Below, one piece after another: positions 41,719-50,987 of a DNA stretch of 64,000 nucleotides. Within the stretch, counting starts at the first letter, position 1. Every line of letters begins with the position of its first letter. Origin of the DNA: an uncultured Chloroflexota bacterium. GTDB taxonomy: Bacteria; Chloroflexota; UBA11872; VXNJ01. Under the pieces are notes generated by a model, which was given only the letters and a program-made list of their open reading frames with translations, ran no database searches and was not told the origin of the DNA. A program made the position numbers and the translations under genes. Where the stretch lies: positions 4,787 through 68,786 of the forward strand of contig CAJWLF010000013.1 of the NCBI GenBank assembly GCA_913043205.1, in the 5' to 3' direction.

Positions 41719-44700
41719 TCAGAACTTCCGCTTTGTTGAGGGATCGTCATAAAGCATCTCGGCATAGGTAGCCACATCTACTTCAAATTCGCCATCATGA
41801 CGTTCCGGTCTTTCGGCAACTACCGTGTCGGTAGTGATAATTGCACAAGCAACACTAACCGCTGCTGCAAGAGCATGCTGGGAAACTAGTAGCGGGTCAA
41901 TTATTCCAGATTCAAACAAGTCTATAAATTTTCCAGTCACGGAATCATACCCATTCCAGAAAGACCCAAAGTCGATACGAGCCAGAATCCCACCAGGGTC
42001 TTCCCCTGCATTAACTACAATCGATTTAAATGGATCGTCGAGCGCTTTCCGCATTGCAGACACTCCAGCACCGACATCGCTCTCTTCCGGCAATTCCGGA
42101 AGAGAGCGGGCCGCGTGTAAATAGGCAGCTCCACCACCAGGCACCACTCCACTTGTCAATGCTGAACGGACTGACTTAACAGCATCATCGGCAAGCTGTA
42201 ACCGTCTCTTGACTTCTAATTGTGTTGCAGCTCCCACGTATATCGTTCCAATTCTCCCAGACAACCGCTGCAACTGTTTTTCAGCTATTTTCGTAGCATT
42301 CGACCTGTCTCTTTCCCGAACTCGTTCCACAATCTGCAGCTTGCGTCTCTCAAGTCCATCTTCCCGATCGGCTCCATTTACAATTACAGCAGATTTCATG
42401 TCGACCACTACGCGCTGTGCTTTCCCTAATACATTGACATCGATAGAGTTCCAGGGACGCCCAATTGCGTCACCAATAACCTGACCTCCCGTCACTGCGG
42501 CAACATCCATCAAAACTTCACTGCCAGACAAATCTAACGAATTGGTTACTACTGGACACACACGCGGACCATCCTGTCGCCAATTAGCTCTCAAAGCTCC
42601 GAGTGTTTCGGTTGGGAAGTCCTCAGCAATTAAAACAACATCAGTAACGATATTTGCGTTGGTAAAAACATCAAACAGTAATGCCAAATCTCTTATCAGT
42701 ACAGAGCCTAAAATCGCAACGATATATGGGGATTCGATGACAGTTTGCGAACGATCAGCATCATCCACAAAGAATGCATCTGTCAAACTTGCCTCGGCCT
42801 GAAATCCATTATTAATTCTTATAGTTGTTTCGACACCTCTACCTTGCCGAACATCTATCGCTCCATCATCTCCAGTATGGTCCACGATCTGTGTCACCGC
42901 AGTAGCGATTTCGGAATCACGAGAAGAAACTCGAGCCACCCTCTCGACTTCTGCCTTACTGGAAATCTCGCGCGCATGCTCTCTCAAATAAGCATCTACA
43001 TAGTTTGCAGCCAATCTAATCCCACTGCCAATTGACATCGGGCTTCTACCGGCAGCAATCTGCATGTCAGCCTCACGAACAATAGCTTGAGCGAGAACCA
43101 TAGCCGTGGTTGTACCGTCACCAGCCATTGACTCTGTATGCAAAGCCGCCTCGCGCAAAAGCTGGGCTCCCAGATCTTCTATAGGGTCAGGTAATTCTAT
43201 TTCTCGAGCAACATCGGCCCCGTCTCTGGTTACTGCCGGACAATAACTTCCTGCTAAACCTCTACGTTCCAGCACCACGCTCATACCGGTCGGCCCATGT
43301 GTAACCTTGACAACATCCGCCAATTTATCTACCCCGCTATGCAGACTCCTACGACCATTGTCACCAAAAAGAATCTCAGTTGTACGACGCTCAGGCTGAG
43401 ATTGGTTTACTTCATTACCCATGCCGGGAATTTCAATATCCTCTATCTTTTCCGTGTGCCGAATGGCAGTCTCAGTGGTGAGTATCGACACAGCCGTACT
43501 GGTAGCACTACGCAGAGAACTAGAGACCACGTCAAGTGGGTCTAAAACACCAGCTTCGAATACATTTACACAACTCCTCGATAGCGCATCAAACCCGTAC
43601 TCGATATCATCTTCAGATTCAATTTTTTCAACAATCAGTTGACCATCTAACCCCGCGTTAATGGCAATTTGCTCAGTGGGCCGCTGAAGCGCTTCCCGCA
43701 CAATACCTACACCAGTAGCCTGATCCCCATGAACATCTAACACATCTAATGCCGATCTAGCCCATAGTAGAGATCGTCCACCACCAGGAAGAACACCATT
43801 GTCATACGCCGCTCGACAGGCAGAAACAGCATTTTCAGTCCTTTGACACAGTTCAGTCCTCTCGGTTCCAGTAGAGGCCGAGACTTCAATGGTGATCATC
43901 TTGCCTGAAAGACGCGTAATACGATTTTTGATCAGATCAGCCTGAGTGTGATTCCTAGTTCGATCAGCTTCAGATTGCATAGCCGATATACGACTGGCAA
44001 TTCGAGCAGGATCACCCTTTGGACCTACAATCAAAAATTCTTTTGGGCCAACCACGACACGCTCTGCCCTTCCGAATACTTCAGAATTTACATTGTCCCA
44101 AGACCGACCAAATTCATCAGACACAAACGTGCCTCCAGTCACTATGGCTAAGTCCTCGCATACTTCGCTACGACTGAGCCCAGCAACTGGGTTGCTTGCA
44201 ATAACTAATTGAAGATTTTCATTCTTGTTTGCCGCAAGAACGTCGGATAATGCAACCTCATCCACAGAATCGCACATAACAAAAACGGACGTCACATCAT
44301 TGTCAACTAATGAATCCAACAAGCGTCTAATTTCACCAAATTCAACTATTCGCCGATCGGTTATAAGTATGTATGGATTGTCTAATTCGGCTTTTCCATA
44401 AACCGTGTTAACGAAGGCTGAAGATACATAGCCTTCGTCCATACTTACCCCAGTAGATCGCCTCAACTGAGACTGCAACCCACGCCCTTCTTCAACCACA
44501 ACACCACCATTTGGCTGTGTTTCAAGAATAGCTTTTGCTGCTAGTTCTCCAAGTACATTGCTATTAGCGGAAACAGTGCCAACCTGAGTAAGCACGTTCT
44601 CATTTCGAGCGTCGACAGATATTCTCTTTAGTTCTTCAAGAACAACACCACTAGCCAACTCAATCCCACGACGCAACATCATGGGATTTGCACCTGCTGC

Positions 44701-45087
44701 TATATTTTTGAGTCCCGCATGCAACATTTCTTGCGCAAGGATGGTTGCAGACGTGGTGCCATCCCCAGCCCACCATGACGCCTCAGACGCTGCCTCAATA
44801 ATCAATTTGGCTCCCATATTTTCGTACTCATCCCGCAAATTAATCGACCGAGCAATAGATATCCCATCATTTGTTATCACGGGACGAAAGGGAGGCGTTT
44901 GCAGCAACACATTCTGGCATAGAGGACCAAGCGTAATTTTTGTTGTGTCAGCAACAGCATCAACTCCTCGCCCCAAGGCAAAACGGGCCTCGGAATCAAA
45001 AATCATTTCAGATTTTGATGAGCGAACCGGCTTAGGGCGAGATGGAGTTCCTGAACTTCCCAGAATGAATGCTTTTGAGTCTTCCAT
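41719..45087 (-). CDS. Tandem double chaperonin-60 (two divergent GroEL units in one ORF)
   Basis: Two full motif sets: TLGP...ITNDG...AGDGTTS...GVLPGGG...GVLDP and THGP...VTRDG...AGDGTTT...GVVPGGG...GIIDP, joined by a linker of about 25 aa. Confidence 0.85.
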   Translation of the reverse strand: MEDSKAFILGSSGTPSRPKPVRSSKSEMIFDSEARFALGRGVDAVADTTKITLGPLCQNVLLQTPPFRPVITNDGISIARSINLRDEYENMGAKLIIEAASEASWWAGDGTTSATILAQEMLHAGLKNIAAGANPMMLRRGIELASGVVLEELKRISVDARNENVLTQVGTVSANSNVLGELAAKAILETQPNGGVVVEEGRGLQSQLRRSTGVSMDEGYVSSAFVNTVYGKAELDNPYILITDRRIVEFGEIRRLLDSLVDNDVTSVFVMCDSVDEVALSDVLAANKNENLQLVIASNPVAGLSRSEVCEDLAIVTGGTFVSDEFGRSWDNVNSEVFGRAERVVVGPKEFLIVGPKGDPARIASRISAMQSEADRTRNHTQADLIKNRITRLSGKMITIEVSASTGTERTELCQRTENAVSACRAAYDNGVLPGGGRSLLWARSALDVLDVHGDQATGVGIVREALQRPTEQIAINAGLDGQLIVEKIESEDDIEYGFDALSRSCVNVFEAGVLDPLDVVSSSLRSATSTAVSILTTETAIRHTEKIEDIEIPGMGNEVNQSQPERRTTEILFGDNGRRSLHSGVDKLADVVKVTHGPTGMSVVLERRGLAGSYCPAVTRDGADVAREIELPDPIEDLGAQLLREAALHTESMAGDGTTTAMVLAQAIVREADMQIAAGRSPMSIGSGIRLAANYVDAYLREHAREISSKAEVERVARVSSRDSEIATAVTQIVDHTGDDGAIDVRQGRGVETTIRINNGFQAEASLTDAFFVDDADRSQTVIESPYIVAILGSVLIRDLALLFDVFTNANIVTDVVLIAEDFPTETLGALRANWRQDGPRVCPVVTNSLDLSGSEVLMDVAAVTGGQVIGDAIGRPWNSIDVNVLGKAQRVVVDMKSAVIVNGADREDGLERRKLQIVERVRERDRSNATKIAEKQLQRLSGRIGTIYVGAATQLEVKRRLQLADDAVKSVRSALTSGVVPGGGAAYLHAARSLPELPEESDVGAGVSAMRKALDDPFKSIVVNAGEDPGGILARIDFGSFWNGYDSVTGKFIDLFESGIIDPLLVSQHALAAAVSVACAIITTDTVVAERPERHDGEFEVDVATYAEMLYDDPSTKRKF

Positions 45088-45276
45088 AACGAAATTTATG
45101 CCATAACATGTGTTGCCATCGCTTAATTATTACCGACATTTCCCAAGACGGTAGAAGATTCTTATTGGATAAGCCCATTGTACGAATATCTGCACATAAT
45201 TATGCATATCGACTAGTATCATCCAATACATGCCAAAACAACGGTCGTTAATCCTCATCCTAGTAGGTATCACACA

Positions 45277-46938
45277 GTGCGCGATCCATCCTTAGAACCC
45301 ATAACAACAAGACGGCTTGGCCGAGCCAAATCCATTTATCACGATATGGACGCCTTACTGCCACTAAAACGAGGTGCAGATTACGTCGCTGATACGATAA
45401 AGCTATCATTAGGACCGACTACAACCACCGTGCTAATCGATAACGTCGGCGAATTACCGATCTCTGCCCAAGATGGAACCTCCATCGCAAATTCGATCAA
45501 AGCACCTAATAGATTAGAAGATATCGGAAGCCATCTTATGCGCGATGGTATCTCGACAATGTCAAAGAATATTAGAGATGGGACCTCCACGGCCGCCACC
45601 CTAGCACAAAGTATCATCGAGCACGGTGTTGCCCAAATTGCAACTGGAACGAATGCCATGATTTTGACCCGAGGGATAGAGGCTGCGTCTAGAGCAGTCG
45701 AACGGGAAATTAGGAGTTTTTCGCAACCAGCAGACACAAGCGACACACTCATATCAGTAGCAACCACTTGCAGCGAAAATGCTGCTCTCGGAGAACGAAT
45801 CGCAGAGATGATTGCTCACTTAGGGCCCGAAGCCAACATAGGTGTTAGGGCTGAGCCTGTAGTTGGAGTGCATCCTTTCTACAGTCCTGGCATGCAAATG
45901 AATCGCGGATGGTATTCACCTCATCTGACAACAAACGAAGAAGGAACCGAAGCAATACTAGAAGACGCATTAGTGTTCATTACTAGCTCAGTCATACATG
46001 GATCTGAAACAATGGGGCTACTGCTTTCGAAACTAGCTAGTTACGAAAGGCCCTTTTTGATTATTGCCGACGACATAGATGAGGCAGCTCTTAAAGTATT
46101 GGTCGTCAACAAAACAAACGGGGCAATAAATGCTTTCGCTATCCAGGCACCTAGTTACGGGGATCATAAACTAGCCATTCTTGAAGATATAGCAGTATTT
46201 ACCGGTGGGAAAGTAGTTAATAACGTTACTATGGCATTATCCAATATTGGCTCCGAATTAGGCGACAATCTAGGATTGGCAACCCGTGTTGTAGCCAATA
46301 GACGCGAATCCGTGATTACTACCGGTGGTGGCAGCGAAGAACAAATAAAATCACGTATGGACCATATTTCAACAGAGCTCGAATCAATCACAGACGAAGA
46401 AGGGAGAGCAATGCTAAGACAGCGTTGGGGAACCCTAGGAAAGGGGGTGGGGCAAATCATTTTCGGTGCCCCTACCGAACCTGAGCGTAGGGAACTTCGC
46501 CGAACCCTTGAAAAAACAATTCAGGTTACAAGAGCAGGGTTGAGAGAAGGAGTTGTGGCAGGTGGAGGAATCGCGTTTCTAACTGCAGCAAATACATTGG
46601 CAACTACTAAATGGGCAGACGATGAGCAAGCGGGAGCAATATGCCTAACAAGTTCGCTAAAAAGACCTACAGAACAGATAGCCATCAATAGCGGACACGC
46701 GGGATCTACAATCATCTCCCAAATATATGATCTTGATCCTGGGTACGGATATGACGCTATTACAGGGAATTATGTAAACATGAAGGAAGCTGGAATAATA
46801 GATGCAACTTCAGTGACTATTCATGCTTTGCGAATTGCATGCAGTATTGCAGTCAATTTATTAAAAACCAACGTGGCTATCCATTACGCGCCGAGTGCAA
46901 AATGGCCAAAAGCCCCGGAGCGCCCTGTCAGCAATTGA
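45277..46938 (+). CDS. Divergent chaperonin-60 (GroEL-like)
   Basis: SLGP, AQDG, RDGTST, GTNAMILTRGI, APSYGD, EGVVAGGG, AGIIDA. Confidence 0.88.
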   Translation: MRDPSLEPITTRRLGRAKSIYHDMDALLPLKRGADYVADTIKLSLGPTTTTVLIDNVGELPISAQDGTSIANSIKAPNRLEDIGSHLMRDGISTMSKNIRDGTSTAATLAQSIIEHGVAQIATGTNAMILTRGIEAASRAVEREIRSFSQPADTSDTLISVATTCSENAALGERIAEMIAHLGPEANIGVRAEPVVGVHPFYSPGMQMNRGWYSPHLTTNEEGTEAILEDALVFITSSVIHGSETMGLLLSKLASYERPFLIIADDIDEAALKVLVVNKTNGAINAFAIQAPSYGDHKLAILEDIAVFTGGKVVNNVTMALSNIGSELGDNLGLATRVVANRRESVITTGGGSEEQIKSRMDHISTELESITDEEGRAMLRQRWGTLGKGVGQIIFGAPTEPERRELRRTLEKTIQVTRAGLREGVVAGGGIAFLTAANTLATTKWADDEQAGAICLTSSLKRPTEQIAINSGHAGSTIISQIYDLDPGYGYDAITGNYVNMKEAGIIDATSVTIHALRIACSIAVNLLKTNVAIHYAPSAKWPKAPERPVSN

Positions 46939-47144
46939 GTAGATTCTTAAACTAAATTCGCAAAGTGTTATCTCCGTATCCTAGAACCAAAACGGTACAT
47001 TCCGATTGGCTAATGGCTAATTTGGTAATTATTCAATTCGAACTGATGAAGACTAATATAGAACTTTTCATTAGAATAATGGTGCAGTCTTAATTATTGA
47101 CATTACACATCGCAACGTGTCGGGCAGTTGTAGTCACTTAAGTC

Positions 47145-49532
47145 ATGTTTCACGAAAGAGAGCAGTTGGTGGCCATAATCGAAAAAGACATCCAAAAGTC
47201 TAGGAACAAAGAAAGGATTTCCAGTCTTCGAAATCGAGCAATAACTTGGGAAGACTCTCCTGTTCGAGGCGAGCGCCTGAGGCTAGTCACTGAATCCTAT
47301 AAGCAAACTGAGGGACAAGGGGTGGCTGTTCGGAGGGCAAAGGCGTTAGCTCACACTTTGACAAATAACGCCATTCAGATTCGCGATGATGAATTGTTTG
47401 CAGGTCTTCCACAGCGCGCCGTTTATGGATCGGATTCACTGCACTTCAATAACCCAAGACACTGGGAAAGTGCTATGGATTACCCAGAGCTGACCGGTGG
47501 TATTTTCCCCGTACATAAAGAAATACCAGAAAACTTACAAGAGCATCTCGACTACTGGCAGGGACAGAAATTAGCTCGAGCAGTAGTCGCGGAAAATATG
47601 ACTCCGGAGATAAAGAAGGCCATGGAGTTCGGTGCGTTGTCAGTATCCGGCTGGGTGCAAGGACATTCGAATGCAGGATTCGACCGAGTGCTCGAATTAG
47701 GCTTAGAAGGAATCAAAGCCGAAGCAGAATCCAAACTTACAGAATTGCAGTCCGCAGATATAGATGAAGGACAAGACTTTTTACAAGGTGTGCTTATAGC
47801 TTGTGAAGGGGTAATCCAGCACGCAAAACGTTATGCCGATTTGGCAAGAGATAATGCAATTTCTGAGCCGGATTCTTCACGAAGAGCAGAATTGCTTCGT
47901 ATTGCTGATACTTGTGATAGAGTCCCGGCTCAACCAGCCAGTAATTTCCACGAAGCCCTTCAGTGCATATGGTTTGTACAGCGAGGGGTAGACATGGAAA
48001 TGGGAGATGCAGCGGCCCTAGCCAATGGATGGGGGAGAGTCGACCAATATTTATACCCCTACTACAGGTCAGACATCGATTCTGGAAACATAACCGACGA
48101 TGAAGTAAGGCTTTTACTGACAGAATTCTACCTGAAATTAAATCGAGCATATCAAGACACACTAATACTGCTCGGTGGACTAACAACAGAAGGGAAAGAT
48201 GGAACTAACGAACTTTCCTACATGTTGATGGAAATTCACAGAGACCAGGGACTTCTTATTGATATCGATGCACGTGTTCACTCTAAAACCCCCTCTGATT
48301 TCGTTCATTTGTGTGCCGAAGTAACACAAAAAAACCTAGGGTTTTCGTTCTTTAATGATGAACCTACCATCGCCGCACTCGAACGTATCGGCATACCAAA
48401 AGAGATTGCCGTTCAATATTCTCCTGTGGGATGCGTTGAAAATATCGTGCCTGGGTATGCCACTCCCACGACGATGGATAATCAAGTCAATGTCGCCAAA
48501 TGTCTGGAACTGGCGTTAAACGACGGTGTCTGCATGCTCACGGGCACTAGAATTGGCCCAGAGACAGGTGATCCAGCTAATTTCAAATCTTTTGACGACG
48601 TATGGGATGCCTTTGTAACTCAGTTAAATTATCTTGTTGATTTGGGTTGCCAGGGCACCAGTATCGTTCAAAAGGGTCAGGCAGGGCGCCTGCCGTTACC
48701 TTTCTATTCATCCACATGGTGGGATCCAATTAGCAAGGCCAAAGATCTTACAGAAGGTGGAGCAAGATATCCCTATTCAGGTTGCAACAATGTTGGTCTC
48801 AGTACTGCTGCCGACAGTCTTACAGCTATCAATAAATTAGTTTTTGAAGAACGTAAAGTCGACTGGCATGAACTGTTAGACGGTCTGAAGACAGATTTTG
48901 CTGGCAAAACAGATTTGCAAAATTCCCTGCTGGATTCCTCTCCAAAATATGGGAACGACAATGACGAAGCTGACCAAATGGCCTGCAAGGTGCATATGGC
49001 ACACTATGCAGCCCTCGAAGATAAAGTGACTGCTTTCGGGGGTCGTTACTTGCTGCTTATATTCAACACTAACCATCTGGTTGTCGTGTCGCATGGTTCT
49101 AGAACTGCTGCAACCCCAGATGGCAGAGGCGCACGTCAACCAGTCGGCATCAGTGTTTCGCCATCAGAAGGCAGAGATGTTTCTGGGCCAAAAGCTGCGA
49201 TGCGATCGATATGCAAGCTAGACCAAACAGCTATACCTGGTGGAGCTTCCTACATAATGGAATTAAACACCAAACACATTAAAAGCCCGAACGGAGATGG
49301 TGTTTCAACGGACCAGTTGGCTGATTTGCTCCAATACTATATCGACTTGGGGGGAATGAATTTGGCAATAAATGTCTTAGACCCTGAATGGATAGAAGAG
49401 GTTATGGATGACCCGACGAATAACCCCAACCTATCGGCACGGCTATACGGATGGAGCCAATACGTAAAGAACCTTGACCCACGATTACAGCAGTTTCTTC
49501 TTGACAGAACTAGACGATCATCGTCGGTTTAA
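47145..49532 (+). CDS. Glycyl radical enzyme family protein (PFL2/dehydratase-lyase-like), substrate unknown
   Basis: PA.NFHEALQ, GRVDQYLYPYY, DGTNELSY, FFNDE, GCVE Cys loop, PKYGND, ATPDGR, C-terminal RLYGWS Gly loop. Confidence 0.9.
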   Translation: MFHEREQLVAIIEKDIQKSRNKERISSLRNRAITWEDSPVRGERLRLVTESYKQTEGQGVAVRRAKALAHTLTNNAIQIRDDELFAGLPQRAVYGSDSLHFNNPRHWESAMDYPELTGGIFPVHKEIPENLQEHLDYWQGQKLARAVVAENMTPEIKKAMEFGALSVSGWVQGHSNAGFDRVLELGLEGIKAEAESKLTELQSADIDEGQDFLQGVLIACEGVIQHAKRYADLARDNAISEPDSSRRAELLRIADTCDRVPAQPASNFHEALQCIWFVQRGVDMEMGDAAALANGWGRVDQYLYPYYRSDIDSGNITDDEVRLLLTEFYLKLNRAYQDTLILLGGLTTEGKDGTNELSYMLMEIHRDQGLLIDIDARVHSKTPSDFVHLCAEVTQKNLGFSFFNDEPTIAALERIGIPKEIAVQYSPVGCVENIVPGYATPTTMDNQVNVAKCLELALNDGVCMLTGTRIGPETGDPANFKSFDDVWDAFVTQLNYLVDLGCQGTSIVQKGQAGRLPLPFYSSTWWDPISKAKDLTEGGARYPYSGCNNVGLSTAADSLTAINKLVFEERKVDWHELLDGLKTDFAGKTDLQNSLLDSSPKYGNDNDEADQMACKVHMAHYAALEDKVTAFGGRYLLLIFNTNHLVVVSHGSRTAATPDGRGARQPVGISVSPSEGRDVSGPKAAMRSICKLDQTAIPGGASYIMELNTKHIKSPNGDGVSTDQLADLLQYYIDLGGMNLAINVLDPEWIEEVMDDPTNNPNLSARLYGWSQYVKNLDPRLQQFLLDRTRRSSSV

Positions 49533-49556
49533 TCCTATCAAGCAAGTTAAGCTTTA

Positions 49557-49973
49557 GTGGTCAATCAGCCGGCTAGGTCCTTATCTCCTGATTCGACGGG
49601 CGACGGAATTTGGCACGATGTTGCCAGCACAGGTGATTTGATCGATGGTAAGTCGATTCTAGTTCAGATAAACAAACAGCCCGTTGTAGTTTGCCTAAGC
49701 CAAGGTCAATATTACGCAATTGGGCATAATTGCCCTCACTATGATGCCCCCATGGTAGAAGGACAATTAGTAGGAAATAAAATTATATGTCCGTGGCACT
49801 GGTGGGAATTCGACCTAGATACCGGACACTGTCTCTATGCACCAACTGAACAAATAACAGAAATGTTTTTTAGCAGTGAATTTATGGGCAATCCTCAAAG
49901 CGTCAAACTTCCTATATACCCTATACGTACAGAAGCTGGCCGCATACTCATCCAATTATCTTCGGAATCATAG
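49557..49973 (+). CDS. Rieske [2Fe-2S] ferredoxin
   Basis: CPH...CPWH..EFDLDTG ligand boxes. Confidence 0.9.
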   Translation: MVNQPARSLSPDSTGDGIWHDVASTGDLIDGKSILVQINKQPVVVCLSQGQYYAIGHNCPHYDAPMVEGQLVGNKIICPWHWWEFDLDTGHCLYAPTEQITEMFFSSEFMGNPQSVKLPIYPIRTEAGRILIQLSSES

Positions 49974-50040
49974 GTCCGCACAAACAACTACTCAAACTCG
50001 CTGCTCAGCTTTAGGCCACCGATAAATACGTGTTTTAGAG

Positions 50041-50970
50041 TCAGCTGTCCAGCAACTCTGCTTTTTCCAATGCAGACCATACCGTCTCTTGGTCTGATTG
50101 GCTTAAGGGCATTAGTGGTGGCCTAACAACACATCTGTCTACGATGCCCAGCCTATTAAGAGCAGCTTTAATACGGGCTCTACAGTCCCGTGCTGGCGTA
50201 CCGAAAATGACTTGTTCTAATGGTAGCAACCTGTCCCAAATCTGCTGCCCCAACTCATAATCACCAGTTTTTGCCGCATTTAGCATTTTGACTTGTAATT
50301 CAGTAGCCAAAGTGCCAAATCCAATTAAGGCTCCGTCAGCTCCCATCACCAATGATTCATATATAAATGGATCATTGCCTGTTAACAGAGTTATTCTCCG
50401 TGAAGCTGAATTCAAGGCATCTCTGACCGAGATGAATGTCTGCGCATCAAAAGAAGCCTCTTTTAGGCCGATGACCTGAGGTATCTCTACTAAGCCCCCG
50501 AGTATTTCAGCAGACAGAATCACTCCACCGAGAGAAGGGGTCAGATTGAACAAAATCATAGGTATATCAGCATCAGCTATCGCAGAGTGATATGCGTACG
50601 GAAGCTCAAATGGAAGAGGATTTCCCTGATACGCTGGAATAGGAAAAACCAGAACAGCGTCGGCCCCTGCAGACTTTAGATCTCGAGCACGCTGTACAGC
50701 CTCCTCTGTATTTATAGCAAGCAGACCGGATACTATTGGAGTCGAATCTCCTATCGTCAGCTTTACAGTCTCTACAACTGACAGTCTTTCCTCCCACGAC
50801 AGTTGTGGAGCCTCACCGAGTTCTGCGTTTACAGCCACCGCACTAATACCTTGGGGCTCAAGCCATTTCATATATGACTTTAGATTTTCTAGATCCGGCT
50901 TATAGTCCTCAGTCATAGGCAGTATGGTGGCAGGGATTATCCCTTTTATATCGTCACTGGTCAGTGCCAT
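50041..50970 (-). CDS. DHDPS/NAL-family class I aldolase or dehydratase
   Basis: KGIIPA, xxxxGE loop (NAELGE), GLKEAS Schiff-base Lys, LLTGND, GADGALIG. Confidence 0.85.
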   Translation of the reverse strand: MALTSDDIKGIIPATILPMTEDYKPDLENLKSYMKWLEPQGISAVAVNAELGEAPQLSWEERLSVVETVKLTIGDSTPIVSGLLAINTEEAVQRARDLKSAGADAVLVFPIPAYQGNPLPFELPYAYHSAIADADIPMILFNLTPSLGGVILSAEILGGLVEIPQVIGLKEASFDAQTFISVRDALNSASRRITLLTGNDPFIYESLVMGADGALIGFGTLATELQVKMLNAAKTGDYELGQQIWDRLLPLEQVIFGTPARDCRARIKAALNRLGIVDRCVVRPPLMPLSQSDQETVWSALEKAELLDS

Positions 50971-50987
50971 TTTAATTCCCTTCCTAT

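Noticed and set aside
45088..45276. groES or CIRCE near the chaperonin genes (46939-47144 and 60647-60818 also checked)
   Set aside because: The gaps are too short for a ~95-aa GroES, and no TTAGCACTC-N9-GAGTGCTAA was seen.
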